Below, piece after piece: positions 27,196 to 38,342 of a stretch of 64,000 nt of DNA. How positions within the stretch are numbered: the stretch's first letter is position 1; each line of letters opens with the position of its first letter. This DNA comes from Myxococcota bacterium (GTDB lineage Bacteria > Myxococcota_A > Polyangia > Nannocystales > Nannocystaceae), in NCBI GenBank assembly GCA_039028615.1, contig JBCCHT010000029.1, positions 99,042-163,041 of the forward strand, in the 5' to 3' direction. Made by a program: the position numbers and the translations under genes. The notes beneath the pieces were generated by a model that was not told the origin of the DNA, did not search any database, and saw nothing but the letters and a program-made list of their open reading frames with translations.

Positions 27196-30100
27196 GTGCC
27201 CCACCCTGCCTCGGGCGGCCAGACGCCGTCGCAAGCCGAGCTCGACCTGTTGGCCGACGGGCGCGAGTACCTGGAGCGCTGGTCCCAATCCCCGCGCTTT
27301 CGGTACCTGTACCCCGAAGGACCCAACCTGGCGATCTTGCTCGAGGCCTACCAGGTCCTCGACCGGCGTCGCGTGGTGGGGCGGATCCGCCGGAAGCCGA
27401 AGACCGAGGCCCGGGCGCTGCGTCGGATCATTCGTCGGCTCGCGCATCACGACGCCATTGCTCGGCAGCGTCGGCTGCTGTGGCGCTACCCGCCCGCCCG
27501 GCTTCGTCCGCCGCGGGTGCAGCCGCCGCTGGTGCACCGCGCCTTGGGCCAGGTCGACCTCGATGCGCAGGCGTTGGTGCAGGCCCGCATCACGGGAGAC
27601 TGGGCCCCGCCCGATCCAGGCACCACGCTGACCACCGAGGCCACCCGGGAGCAACGCGGCCTGGATCAATTCAGGGACGCGCTGGTCAACGAGGCCCTCG
27701 CCCACCCCGACGGCCTCGCGCGCCTGCACCCGCAGTTCCTGCTCTTCGCCACCTCGGCCGCGCCGCTCAAGCGTCGCTACCCCATCGCCAGCTTCCTGCT
27801 GGTCAAGCTGCCCTTCCGCTTGGTGATGGGGCTGTTCATCCTGCTGACCACGCTGTACCTGTCGGCCTACGCCCTGTTCAACGACGAACGGCTCGGTTCG
27901 TTCGTGGGCACGCAGGTCAGCGGCTTGGTGGAGGGCGAGCTGGAGATGGGCAGCATCCACTGGGAGCTGCCGCTCATCGTCGACCTGATCACGGGCACGC
28001 CGACCCACGTGGTGGTGGAAGACGTGTCGATCTGGGAGGCCTACGACAGCTTCGGCGGGGAACGGACCCGTCGCACCGCGTTCGCCCGCCGCCTCGAGGC
28101 CAACCTCGTGCTGCACGAGATCATCCCTTGGAACCGCTTGGGGGTCCCGCCTGCGCTCGAGATTCCATGGGTCCTGCACTTCACCGACGTGCAGTCGGAA
28201 AACACGGCGTGGTTCATCGTGCGCGAGTACGACGACGTCGACGACGAGGGGCAGACGCACACGCTGATGAGCCTGCTCGACGCGTTCCGCCCGGTGGAGC
28301 CGGGGGATGGGACCAAGCGCGGGCTGAGCTTTCAGATCGACCACGCCGAGTTCCACGAGGCGATCCTCGACGTCGACTTCATGCACGGCCTCGAAGGATG
28401 GCGGGCGCTGGCCGACATCGAGAAGCTGAGCCTGGCGCTGGGCTTCGAGTCCCCGCCGGTCGAGGTCGGTACGCCCCCCATCCTGCCGCTGCGCTTCGAC
28501 GTGGGCGGCACTATCGAGCGCGGTAGCTTCGCGCTCGACGACATCGAGGTACCGCTGGCCGACTTCGAACTGGAGCGGCTGTCCTGCGGGATGAACGAGA
28601 CCCCGCTCGGAGATGTCGGGTTCATGGGCCAAGGCGGCGCAGGCGGGTCCCCGCTGACGCTGCGGGGCACGCTGCGGGACGCGTTCACCCGGGCGCTGCA
28701 GCCCGAGCTCGAGCCCCTGCCTGGCGACGCCGACGTGACATGGGGAGACTCGGCGTATGTCGTGCTCGACGCGGGCAGTCACGAGCCGGCCGAGCTGGCC
28801 TCGCACATCGAAGGCGAGCTCGGGCTGGCCCCGGACACGTTGAGCGCCGAAGATGCGGCCTTGTGGGCCCGCGTGGAGGGGCCGCTGAGCGATACCCGGT
28901 TCCACGTCGCGGCCGAAGGCCTGTCGCTCGACCTGATGGGGGAGCCAGCGTGGACGATGGACGACGTGCTGGTCAGCGTGGGCATCGAGACCGCCCCCGT
29001 GCCCGATCGTTGGCGCGACCAGCTGCCCCACAACGCGCGACGGCTCGTCGCTCGCTTCGACACCTTCGAGGGGTCCGCGCTCGACGGCTCGTTCTCTCTC
29101 GATCCCGACGCGGACGAAGGCGCGGTGGTCGTGTTCCCGGGCGACAGCAGCGAGGCCTACCTGATCTCGGCGCCGCTGAAGCTCGATGGGATCAACCCGG
29201 CGCAGCTGAGCCCCGACGACCAGGAGCTGTCGCAGACCCTGGCCGGACAAGCCGACGGGCGGCTCGATCTGCGGCGCCTGGAGCTCGGCCCGCCGCTGGC
29301 CTCGCCCGACGACGAAGAGCCCCCCGCAGACGGCGAGACCGACGAGTTCGACGATGAAGACGAGGACGAGCTGGGCCTGCGCGTCGCCGAGTTCGATCTG
29401 GGCAACGTCCTGCTCGTGCGTGACCGAGGGCCTCGCGACGACGGCATGCCCCACCGCGTGCGCGCCGATGGCCGCATCCTCATCGACGACCGCGGGGCCA
29501 TCGACTTCGACGACCTCGTCCTGCGTACCGACGGCACCCAGCTGCGCACGACCGGCGGGGTGGACGGCGACCTCGCTCGCCTCGAGCAGACCCTGCTGCA
29601 GCTCGAGATCACCGATGGCGCCGCGTTCTCCCGTGCGTTCGCCCTGCCGCCCTACTTCAAGACCCTGAGCGCGGACTTCGTCGTCGACGGATCGACCGGG
29701 GCGCCCAACGGCCGAGACGGCAACCTGCTGCTCGCGGGCGTAGGGGTCCAGGGCGGCACCAAGACCCGGGCCACGATGTCGATGAACCGCGGGGTGCTCG
29801 AGATCAAGGCCCCCAAGGCGGAGCTGTTCGGGGGCAAGGGTGCAGTGCAGGCCAACATCACCCTATTCGAGGGAGGCACGCTGCTCAGCGACCCCCGCCT
29901 GAGCGGCTCGGCCGAGCTTCGCGGGGTGCGAATCGAAGACCTCGTCGACGCCGAGATTTCGGGCGTCGCGGACATCAAGATCAAGGTCGGTGATGCGCAG
30001 GGAGGCGCCCAGCCGCTGTCCAAGCTCGAGGTCCGGGGTGAGGCCCGCATCCCGCTGCTGCGCTTCGGCGGCACCCGCTACCGCGACGTCTACGTCGAGT

Positions 30101-33045
30101 TCGAGGTCGGCCCCGAGGAGCTGAAGATCATCAAGCTCGAGCTGCCCGTCCACCGCGCCCTGAGCCCGCTCCACGATCCGAACCTCGCGGTCGCGATCGG
30201 CATGATCACCGCGAAGGGCACGGTGGGGCTCAGCAAGGACCCCGAACTCGACCTCGAGGTCGAAGCGGAGGGCGTGCCCTTGCGCCTGGTGGCGCGGCTG
30301 CTCGAGATCGACGTGCCCGTGCGCGGCCGCATCGGCAAGGGCACCTCGCTCACCGTCAACGGCAGCGTCAGCCGCCCTTCGGCCGCGGGCACGGTGGCGC
30401 TGAGCGGGTTGTCGGCGTCGGGCATCGCATTGGGCGACGGCACCTTGGAGGTGACCAGCGAGGACCTGCCGGCGGAAGGGCCCCTGGCGGCGCACCGCGA
30501 GCTACGCGTGGGCGGCGAGCTGCGGACCCCCGAAGGGCGCGACGGCGGGATCCAGTGGACGGTGGATGCCCTGATCGCCCTGGCCGAGACCCGTCGCGGC
30601 AGCTCCTCCTTCCCTCCCCTGGACGCCGAGGTCGACGTTCGCTTCGATCGGATCTCGATCGAGACGCTGCTGCGAGGGCTGGCCCGCGGCACCGACTCGG
30701 TGCCCCAGCTGGTGGGGCGGCTCGAAGGACTCGGGGCCCATGTGCTCACCTGTGATCCAGGGGCGGCGATGATCTCCGACTGCCTCACCCCACACGAGCA
30801 GCGCAGCCTCGAGGTCTCGCTACAGCTGGACAAGGCGTGGCTCAACGGCCGCGAGCCGACCACCGCCGACCCGTGCCGCGACCCCGCCTCGGTGTGCACC
30901 AGCAACGACCTGCAGGCGACGATCGACTGGCCCAAGATCGACCTCGATCATCCTTGGGTCTGGCAGACGGGCGGGCGGGAGCCGGCCGAGCTGACCCTCG
31001 ATGGCAACTTCGACCTCTCCGATCCCGACCCGACCCGCGTGGCCAGCAAGGCCGAGGAAGAGGGCGCCCCCGCATGCCGTCCCCTGCCCCTCAAAGACTT
31101 CAAGCTCGAGGAGGCCCCCGATGGCGTGGCACAAGCGACCCTCGATGGTGAGCTCGACCTGTCGGTCATCGCGGAGCTCGCGGGTTCCGACACGCTCCGC
31201 AAGGCCAAGGGGCGACTCGGCATCGAGCTGCGCCTGACCGGCCCCGCCGCGGAGACTCGCTTGTCCGGGCACGTGCACCTGCCCGACGCGGCGCCGGGGG
31301 CCACCGAGCCACGACGCCTGGAGCTCGACCTCGGCGGCGAGCTGGGCTTCCCCGTCAACGTCAGCGACGACCTCGACATCAAGATCGGCCGCCACTGGCT
31401 TGGGGCCAAGGGCACGCTGCAGTTCCTGGGCGAGTCGCTGACCTTCGGCGAAGTCGCCAAGCAGCACAGCGGGTTCGCGTTCGGAGGCGCATGCGAAGGG
31501 CACTACGGGCTCGCGGTCAAGGGCACGGTCGGCGCCCGCCTGCTCAACACTGCCTTGGGTGACGGCACCGTCACTCAGGGCGTCATGGAGATTCCGCGGC
31601 TGTTGGTGCGAGGCAATGCCTACGCCGACGATCCGCTCGAGGAGGCCCGCGCCGCGGTCCGCATCGGGAGAAAATCGCTGACCGTGGCCGTCGACGATGG
31701 CCTGCCCCCGGTCGAGCTCCAAGCGGGCGAAGTCGACATCATCCGTTGCTCGATGAACGACTGCCCCGCCGGCGTGGCCGAGGGGGCCATCGCGGTCCAC
31801 GTGGGAGGAACGACGGGGTCGATGGCCGAGGGGCGACCCAGCAGCGCCATCCGAGCGAAGATCGGCCCCCGCGGCAGCGCCTTCGCGTGGGGCAGCTCGT
31901 ACTTTGCTCCCGACTTCGCGAGCGTGGATGCGACCTGGCTGCGCATCGTGCTGGAGGACGTGCCCTACCGTGGCTACGACCAGCGCGGACGCCCCGTGTA
32001 CGAGGCCGAGGCCTCCAGCCCCATGATCACGCTGCGGGGCGGCAACCCGCTGGTGGTCTCCGGGGGCATCGACGTGGAGCGAGCGCGCTACGTGCAGAAC
32101 GCGGTGCAGGGCGTGGAGATCCTGCGGTTCACCGACGATGTCGATCTGCCGAGCGCACCGCCGCCCGAGATCATTCGGGACCTCCAGTTCGACCTGCGCG
32201 TGGCCACCCGCTCCCCGCTGCGGATCGAGAACAACGTGGCGCACGGGGTCGAGGCCGACGCGGTGGTCGACGTCACCGGGTCCTACGAGCGCCCCGAGTT
32301 CACGGGGCGGGTCGACGTCGAGCCGGGCGGCACCGTCGACATCCCGTTCTTGACCGGGACCTACGAGATCCAGCGCGGACGGATCACCCTGCTGCGCGAG
32401 CTGGCCGACGCGGAGGTGGATGTGCTCGCGCTCCGTCGCGAGCTGGTCTACATCGACGACACGCCGCGCCAGGTCCACCTGCTGCTGGGCGGGACCGCCG
32501 ACGCGATCACCTGGCAGTGCATCGCCGAGGGCGACACCAGCGGCGCGGTGGATACCCAGCGCGGCTGTCTCGACTACCTCGTGCTCGGCGCAGGCGACGT
32601 GCAGGACTCGTCGCTCAACGTGCAGCGGACCGGCGGCGGAGGCCTGGCCAACGCCCGCAAGCCGCTCCAGGTGGTCGGGCACGTGACCGAGTTCGACTTC
32701 GGTCGGCGCATCGAAGAGGCCGCGCCTCGCTTCGGGCCCTACGTCCCCGACGTGCGCCTCCGCCTCGGCCAGATCGGCCCCGAGCTGGAGATCGCGACCC
32801 CGGAGGAGTGGCTCGACTTCGACTACGTGCAGGGCACCGCCGCCCTCGACTACACCCGGGGTTACCCCGGCTTCCTGCTCCAGCAGAGCCGGGAGCTCAC
32901 CTTCAAGCTCGAAGCGATCGACCTTCTCATCTTCGAGATCTCGCGCGATATTCGGTCCTACCTCAACAACCGCATCATCTTCGACCCGTTGCAGCAGACC
33001 ACCGTCGAGTTCCGCGTTGACTTCGAGATTCCCAGCCTGCGCTAG
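27196..33045 (+). CDS. TamB/AsmA-like translocation and assembly module protein (start uncertain)
   Basis: N-terminal TM anchor, very long Gly/Leu beta-rich body, DUF490-like C-terminus (FDLRV...RIENN...VTGSYERPEFTGRV); directly upstream of an Omp85 gene. Confidence 0.8.
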   Translation: MPHPASGGQTPSQAELDLLADGREYLERWSQSPRFRYLYPEGPNLAILLEAYQVLDRRRVVGRIRRKPKTEARALRRIIRRLAHHDAIARQRRLLWRYPPARLRPPRVQPPLVHRALGQVDLDAQALVQARITGDWAPPDPGTTLTTEATREQRGLDQFRDALVNEALAHPDGLARLHPQFLLFATSAAPLKRRYPIASFLLVKLPFRLVMGLFILLTTLYLSAYALFNDERLGSFVGTQVSGLVEGELEMGSIHWELPLIVDLITGTPTHVVVEDVSIWEAYDSFGGERTRRTAFARRLEANLVLHEIIPWNRLGVPPALEIPWVLHFTDVQSENTAWFIVREYDDVDDEGQTHTLMSLLDAFRPVEPGDGTKRGLSFQIDHAEFHEAILDVDFMHGLEGWRALADIEKLSLALGFESPPVEVGTPPILPLRFDVGGTIERGSFALDDIEVPLADFELERLSCGMNETPLGDVGFMGQGGAGGSPLTLRGTLRDAFTRALQPELEPLPGDADVTWGDSAYVVLDAGSHEPAELASHIEGELGLAPDTLSAEDAALWARVEGPLSDTRFHVAAEGLSLDLMGEPAWTMDDVLVSVGIETAPVPDRWRDQLPHNARRLVARFDTFEGSALDGSFSLDPDADEGAVVVFPGDSSEAYLISAPLKLDGINPAQLSPDDQELSQTLAGQADGRLDLRRLELGPPLASPDDEEPPADGETDEFDDEDEDELGLRVAEFDLGNVLLVRDRGPRDDGMPHRVRADGRILIDDRGAIDFDDLVLRTDGTQLRTTGGVDGDLARLEQTLLQLEITDGAAFSRAFALPPYFKTLSADFVVDGSTGAPNGRDGNLLLAGVGVQGGTKTRATMSMNRGVLEIKAPKAELFGGKGAVQANITLFEGGTLLSDPRLSGSAELRGVRIEDLVDAEISGVADIKIKVGDAQGGAQPLSKLEVRGEARIPLLRFGGTRYRDVYVEFEVGPEELKIIKLELPVHRALSPLHDPNLAVAIGMITAKGTVGLSKDPELDLEVEAEGVPLRLVARLLEIDVPVRGRIGKGTSLTVNGSVSRPSAAGTVALSGLSASGIALGDGTLEVTSEDLPAEGPLAAHRELRVGGELRTPEGRDGGIQWTVDALIALAETRRGSSSFPPLDAEVDVRFDRISIETLLRGLARGTDSVPQLVGRLEGLGAHVLTCDPGAAMISDCLTPHEQRSLEVSLQLDKAWLNGREPTTADPCRDPASVCTSNDLQATIDWPKIDLDHPWVWQTGGREPAELTLDGNFDLSDPDPTRVASKAEEEGAPACRPLPLKDFKLEEAPDGVAQATLDGELDLSVIAELAGSDTLRKAKGRLGIELRLTGPAAETRLSGHVHLPDAAPGATEPRRLELDLGGELGFPVNVSDDLDIKIGRHWLGAKGTLQFLGESLTFGEVAKQHSGFAFGGACEGHYGLAVKGTVGARLLNTALGDGTVTQGVMEIPRLLVRGNAYADDPLEEARAAVRIGRKSLTVAVDDGLPPVELQAGEVDIIRCSMNDCPAGVAEGAIAVHVGGTTGSMAEGRPSSAIRAKIGPRGSAFAWGSSYFAPDFASVDATWLRIVLEDVPYRGYDQRGRPVYEAEASSPMITLRGGNPLVVSGGIDVERARYVQNAVQGVEILRFTDDVDLPSAPPPEIIRDLQFDLRVATRSPLRIENNVAHGVEADAVVDVTGSYERPEFTGRVDVEPGGTVDIPFLTGTYEIQRGRITLLRELADAEVDVLALRRELVYIDDTPRQVHLLLGGTADAITWQCIAEGDTSGAVDTQRGCLDYLVLGAGDVQDSSLNVQRTGGGGLANARKPLQVVGHVTEFDFGRRIEEAAPRFGPYVPDVRLRLGQIGPELEIATPEEWLDFDYVQGTAALDYTRGYPGFLLQQSRELTFKLEAIDLLIFEISRDIRSYLNNRIIFDPLQQTTVEFRVDFEIPSLR

Positions 33046-36000
33046 CGCTGCCCGAGGGTGGCGCGGGGGCCCGCCGATCGAGCGACGAGGCTGGGGCCTG
33101 CTCGTGGTGATGCTCGTGATCCTGCTGGGCGCCCGGGCAGCCGCGGCCGAGCCCGCCGCAGACCGCGACGACGCGAAGGCGACCGATGCCACCGATGGGG
33201 AGCCCCCGGCCGACACCACGCCCCCGGATTCAGCCCCCGCCGAGGCTCCGCCCCCCGACGGCGCGGCGCCTGCGGACGATGCGGCGACCACCGATGCCGC
33301 CCCCGCGGACGCCGGAGACACACCGAGTACCGGCAGCGCCGAGTCCGAGCCCGATTCGACGGCCGACGACGCCGAGACGGCCCCCCCCGAGTCGGCCGCC
33401 GAGAAACGATGGCGCATCGCGACCGATCTACAGCTCGGCGAGGTCGATCTCGCCGACCCGCTGGGCCCGGTCGAAGCGGTCCTCGACGACCTCGACAGCC
33501 GCGAGACCATCGAAGTTCACGGCCGCTCGCGCACCACCGACCGGCTGCGAGGCGACACTCTCACCGCCATCGTGGCCGGCATCGACGGGGCCTTGCTGCA
33601 ATTCATGCTCGAGCACATCGCCGAGGATGGCTACCAGATCCTGCTGGAGCCGGTCGGCGCGAGAGCGTTCATGATGATCGCCCTGCGCAGCCGCCCCGGC
33701 CAGGCTCGCGGGGTGTTGCTGGTCGGCGTGGAGCGCCTCGAGGTCGAAGGCAGCACGCGCAAAGGTGAGTCGCCCGACATGCTGCGCAAGCTGCTGGTGC
33801 TACCCGCGGGCGGCGTGCTGCCCATCGGCATCACCGAGCAGCTGGCGGCGGTGGGCTACCGCGCCACCATTCAGGCGTCGGGCCCGGGCGCCATCACCAT
33901 CGAGATTCACCCCGGCCGAGCCATCCGACGCGTGCGCGTGCGCGGCCACTTGCCGCTGTCCAAGCGCGAGATTCACCGGGTGCTCAGCCAGCGGGCGCGC
34001 CCGGGCGCGCTGGCCCCCGGCAAGTGCCTGCCGCCCAAGGAGATCCGCGACCGGCCCGACCAAGCCGTGCCCAGCGACGCCGAGTACAGCGACCCCGTCG
34101 ACCGTCGCCACTCGCTCATCTGCGAGCCCGGTGATCTGGCCTGCGACGAGTGGGAGCGCAACGAGCTCGCCCGGCTGCACCGCTTCATGTTCGACAACGG
34201 CTTCCTCAAGGGCCGCGTGTCGCTGGCGTTCGCCTGCGGCCGCAACGGCGAGGAGGTCGACTTGCACGTCACCCTGCGCAAGGGCCCCGCCTACCGCGTC
34301 GGGAAGATGGTGCTGACCGGAAACCTGAGCACCCGGGACCAGCGCTGGATCCGTCGCGTGTTCCGTCCGCGCATGACCCCCATCCTTCCGCTGCCGCGCC
34401 GGGTCACCCGAAAACACATCGAGGACGCCAAGGAACGCGTCGCCCGCGAGTACGCGGAGCCGAGGACGAGCCCCGGCTCGGCTGCCCGGCGCGAGCTGGA
34501 GCTGCCCTACCCCGGCGTCCGCGTCGACACCAACTTCGATCGCATCGACCCCAGCGAACTCCCCCCCGGCCGTCGCTTCGAGCTGGACATCGACGTCACC
34601 CTCGGTTCGGGGATCAAGACCCGCTTTTTGGGCAACGACCACGTCACCGACAATCGCCTGCGGGGGCAGCTGCAGCTGTTCAAGCGACGCGAGCCGGCCA
34701 ACGCGGCCACCGCCCACCGGGAGGCGGCGCAGCTGCGGGGCTACTACCAAAGCCGCGGGTTCATGCTCGCCAAGGTCCAGGGGCGCTTCGACGAGTTCGG
34801 CTCCGCCGTGCCCGCGCTCGTGTTCGACGTGACCGAGGGCCCCCGCACCACCGTGCGGGAGGCAGAGCTGTCGATCCAGGGCTCGCTGCCGCCCGTGGTC
34901 CGCGACGCGCTCCAGCGAGCGTATCGACAGGGCAAGAAGATCGACTCCCGGGGCCGCTTCACCGAAGCGCAGGCCCGCGAAGACCTCGGCTTGCTGCTCG
35001 CCAACTTGGCCGACCGCGGCTACTTGTGCGCCCAGGCCTCGATGCGGGTGGCGTTTTGGCCGGAGGGGCTCGAGACCCCCCATGAGCACGCGGTGCTCGA
35101 CCCCTTCACGGAGCTCGATTCGCAAGGGACCCCCGCGTGGCTGGAGTCGCAGCTCCCCAAAGAAGGCCTCGAGCGGCTCCGCAATCAGCCTCGGGCGGGC
35201 GTGTTCGTTCGCATCGACGTGTTCCCCGGGCCGCGTGTCGTCACCTCGGACACCGAAGAGGTCCGCTACCTCGAGCAGCCCATTCCCCCCACCCGCGACA
35301 CCGAAGGCGCGCTGGTGGTGGAGCACGGGGCTTGGGGTGCCCTTCGCATGCTGCGAGACGGGCCGCTTCGACGATCCGGCGCGGCCGATCCGGGCGACGT
35401 GCCCATTCACCTCACCCTCGACCGCGAGATCGAGCGTGACGTGGTGCGCCGCTACCGAGCGAGCGGCTATCCCCTGGCCGACATCGAGGTTCGGTGGCGC
35501 TACACGGACAACGAGGGGCAGGTTCATCGCGTCTCCCAGGCCGAGCGCCTGGCCACGCCCGAGGTGGGGCTTTGCCGCGAGCAGAGCAAGCAGCCCGGTG
35601 CGCCCGTCGACGTGGAGGTGGCCGTATACGAGGGCCGCGCGGGCCGCTTCGGCACGACGCTACTGCGTGGCAACTTCAAGACCCGACGCCAGCCCATCAT
35701 GCGGGAGAAGACCTGGCGCGAGGGTGACCGCTACGATTTCCGCGAGGTCGACAAGACCCGGCGCCACATCGAGGGCATCGGCGTCACCGAGGCGGTCCAG
35801 TTCCGCGAGCAGGAGGTCGGCTGCCATCTCGACGACGAAGAAGACCAGTGCGTCGTCCACCAGGTCGTGACCATCACCGAGTCCAAGGACCGCGCCCTGG
35901 ATGTGACCGGCGGCATCGGTGGCGCGACGCTCGACCCCTTCTATGTGTTCTTGCGCCCCACCCTGCCCAACATGCTCGGCACGGGCTGGGACCTCCAGCT

Positions 36001-37078
36001 CGATGGTCACTACGGCTTCGGCAACGTCCTGCTGACGTTGTGCGAGGGCCAGAACTGCTACGAGCGCAGCGGCCGGGCCTCCCTGGTGCGGCGCCGCATC
36101 TTCGCCAGCCCCCTCACCTTCGACCTCACCGGGCAGGTCCAGCAGCGGGTCACGCCCGCCCGCGGCCAGATCGACAGCGCCCTGGGGCAGCTGCGGCTCA
36201 CGTGGCCCATCGGCGAGCACTGGCGCATCTACGGCGGTTACCTCGCTCAGGTCGCCAACATCTCGAAGGACGTGGTCAAGCCGATCCTCGGCAGCGGCCA
36301 GGACTGCACCAACATCGACCCCACCGATCCCTCCTGCACGCCGCCGAACCGCGGTGAGGCGATCGTGCCCGACCAGACGGGCGCCGTGCAGGCGGGCGCC
36401 GTGTGGCAGCAGGTCGACAACCCCTTCAACCCCGCCGACGGCATCATCCTCACCCTCGATGGGCTCTTCGCCACCCCCTCGCTCGGCAGCGACTGGTGGC
36501 TGCGCGCCGACGTGGGCTGGCAGCACTTCGTGCCGATCCCCGGCACCGACGACCGCCTGAACTTCCGCTACAGCCTCCGCTACGGGCACATCTTCACGCT
36601 GCCCGGCCTGCCCGGCTCGGCCAGCTCGGCGCCCGAGGTCTGGCGTTACTTCGGCGGTGGCACCACCGACCTGGGCATTCGTGGCATCGAGCCGCAGACC
36701 ATGCTCGTGGACGTCGAGCGCATCGCGGGCCCCTACGGCACGGTGCGACTGGCCCCCACCGCGCAGGGCGGCCACATCCGAGCGCTCGGCACCGTGGCCC
36801 TGCAATTCGTCACCGTGCCGAACTTCATCGGCGGCAAGCTGGCCCACTCGTTGTTCGTCGACATGGGCGTGCTGACGCAGAAGTGGTCGCAGGTCCAGCT
36901 GGGCCGAGACCTCCGCCGCAGCTTCGGTGTCAACTTCGTCAAGTGGGACATCCGCATCGTGACTGTCTCCGTCGGCTACGCGTGGCTGGTGCCCGACCGC
37001 ATCTGGCCGGGCGGCAACGTGGGGCCGACCGACGATCGAGACGGCCGTTTCGTCTTCGACGTCGGCGCTACGTTCTGA
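33017..37078 (+). CDS. BamA/TamA (Omp85) family outer-membrane protein
   Basis: Signal peptide; POTRA-like motifs (GYYQSRGF, LRGNFKTR); barrel loop YFGGG...IRG; C-terminal FVFDVGATF. Start could be TTG 33017 or a later codon. Confidence 0.85.
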   Translation: MTSRFPACASAARGWRGGPPIERRGWGLLVVMLVILLGARAAAAEPAADRDDAKATDATDGEPPADTTPPDSAPAEAPPPDGAAPADDAATTDAAPADAGDTPSTGSAESEPDSTADDAETAPPESAAEKRWRIATDLQLGEVDLADPLGPVEAVLDDLDSRETIEVHGRSRTTDRLRGDTLTAIVAGIDGALLQFMLEHIAEDGYQILLEPVGARAFMMIALRSRPGQARGVLLVGVERLEVEGSTRKGESPDMLRKLLVLPAGGVLPIGITEQLAAVGYRATIQASGPGAITIEIHPGRAIRRVRVRGHLPLSKREIHRVLSQRARPGALAPGKCLPPKEIRDRPDQAVPSDAEYSDPVDRRHSLICEPGDLACDEWERNELARLHRFMFDNGFLKGRVSLAFACGRNGEEVDLHVTLRKGPAYRVGKMVLTGNLSTRDQRWIRRVFRPRMTPILPLPRRVTRKHIEDAKERVAREYAEPRTSPGSAARRELELPYPGVRVDTNFDRIDPSELPPGRRFELDIDVTLGSGIKTRFLGNDHVTDNRLRGQLQLFKRREPANAATAHREAAQLRGYYQSRGFMLAKVQGRFDEFGSAVPALVFDVTEGPRTTVREAELSIQGSLPPVVRDALQRAYRQGKKIDSRGRFTEAQAREDLGLLLANLADRGYLCAQASMRVAFWPEGLETPHEHAVLDPFTELDSQGTPAWLESQLPKEGLERLRNQPRAGVFVRIDVFPGPRVVTSDTEEVRYLEQPIPPTRDTEGALVVEHGAWGALRMLRDGPLRRSGAADPGDVPIHLTLDREIERDVVRRYRASGYPLADIEVRWRYTDNEGQVHRVSQAERLATPEVGLCREQSKQPGAPVDVEVAVYEGRAGRFGTTLLRGNFKTRRQPIMREKTWREGDRYDFREVDKTRRHIEGIGVTEAVQFREQEVGCHLDDEEDQCVVHQVVTITESKDRALDVTGGIGGATLDPFYVFLRPTLPNMLGTGWDLQLDGHYGFGNVLLTLCEGQNCYERSGRASLVRRRIFASPLTFDLTGQVQQRVTPARGQIDSALGQLRLTWPIGEHWRIYGGYLAQVANISKDVVKPILGSGQDCTNIDPTDPSCTPPNRGEAIVPDQTGAVQAGAVWQQVDNPFNPADGIILTLDGLFATPSLGSDWWLRADVGWQHFVPIPGTDDRLNFRYSLRYGHIFTLPGLPGSASSAPEVWRYFGGGTTDLGIRGIEPQTMLVDVERIAGPYGTVRLAPTAQGGHIRALGTVALQFVTVPNFIGGKLAHSLFVDMGVLTQKWSQVQLGRDLRRSFGVNFVKWDIRIVTVSVGYAWLVPDRIWPGGNVGPTDDRDGRFVFDVGATF

Positions 37079-37084
37079 GCCGGC

Positions 37085-38278
37085 TCAGCACTGGTTGGGG
37101 CCGCACTCGCCTTCACGGGGCGTGGAGCCCCCCATCCCGATGCCGCACCACTCGGGCATCTGGGGCGGAACCCCGGTCTCGAGATACGGCGACTGCCCCG
37201 GCTCGAGCCAGTACGGGTGCGCGAACGCAAACTCCCACATTGGAGCGAAGGTCGTGGCCCCGCGCTCGACCTCGAAGGGCGGTGCGGTGTGCATGCAGTT
37301 GTGAATGCACTCGAGGATGAAGTGCCCGTCCTCGGTCAGATCGGCCTCGAGCTCGAGCGAGACGGTGTTGAAGTCGATGGCGACGCAGAAGTCCTGCTCG
37401 CCGCCCCACAGCACCATCGCGGGCATGGTGTGGGCCGACTCGCTCCACGGCCGCACGAACGCGCCCCCCGAGCCTCCCGACAGCGACATGAAGCTGGCCA
37501 GGTGCTGCCCTCGACCAGCGGCGAGCTGCGTGGTGAACAGCCCGCCCGCGCTCACGCCCGCACTCGACACGCAGTTGGGCTCGACCGGGAACTGCTCGCC
37601 GACACACGCGAGCATGTCGTCGAAGAAGCGGAACTCCTGCTCGACCCGCAGCTCGGAGTCGATGATGGTGAACGGCCAGCGGAACGGCAGCTCGCCGCTC
37701 GACTCGGGGATCACCGCGATGAAGCCGAACTGGTCGACGGCATTTTGCACGTCGCCGTCCTCGAGGAAGTCGTCGGCCGACCCGCCCAGCCAGTGCCACA
37801 GGAAGATGACCGGCAGCGGCTCCGTCGGATCGAAATCCTCGGGCACGACCAGCAGGAACTCCCGGTCGAAGCCCTCGCTCTGCATGACGTTGAGCCCGGG
37901 GGCCAGCTCGGGGCACGTGCCGTCGTAGAGCGGCAGCGGCGGGGCGACCTGGGCCCCCTCGGGAGGCTCGTCGCGGCAATCGATGCGGCCGAGCGGCGGT
38001 TCCTCGGAGGTGTCGGTCGAGTCCGTGGGCCCCGTGGACTCGGCGATGCCGGTCGACCCCGGGGCATCGCCGCCCGCCGTCGTGCCATCGGCGGCCTCGG
38101 TGGTCGTGCCCTCGGGCGTCGGAGCCGAGTTCGATGGCCCCGCGGTCGACCCGGTCGACGCGACCTCGGACGTGGACGAGCCCTCGCCGTCCCCCGGGGC
38201 CGTCCCCGGTCCGCATCCGGCGATCGAGATCCATACGCCCGCCCCGGCATGCCTCACACATGAACGAATCCGCATCAT
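37085..38278 (-). CDS. Lipoprotein alpha/beta hydrolase (LpqC/PHB-depolymerase-like esterase)
   Basis: Lipobox IAG-C; S/T linker; PVIFLWHWLGG; nucleophile AGVSAGG; WGGEQD; HNCMH. Confidence 0.8.
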   Translation of the reverse strand: MMRIRSCVRHAGAGVWISIAGCGPGTAPGDGEGSSTSEVASTGSTAGPSNSAPTPEGTTTEAADGTTAGGDAPGSTGIAESTGPTDSTDTSEEPPLGRIDCRDEPPEGAQVAPPLPLYDGTCPELAPGLNVMQSEGFDREFLLVVPEDFDPTEPLPVIFLWHWLGGSADDFLEDGDVQNAVDQFGFIAVIPESSGELPFRWPFTIIDSELRVEQEFRFFDDMLACVGEQFPVEPNCVSSAGVSAGGLFTTQLAAGRGQHLASFMSLSGGSGGAFVRPWSESAHTMPAMVLWGGEQDFCVAIDFNTVSLELEADLTEDGHFILECIHNCMHTAPPFEVERGATTFAPMWEFAFAHPYWLEPGQSPYLETGVPPQMPEWCGIGMGGSTPREGECGPNQC

Positions 38279-38342
38279 AGTCCCCTCCAAGCGCACGATA
38301 TCACCTGGCGGCGCGCCTCCGAGGGCACACGGATCGAGTCGC

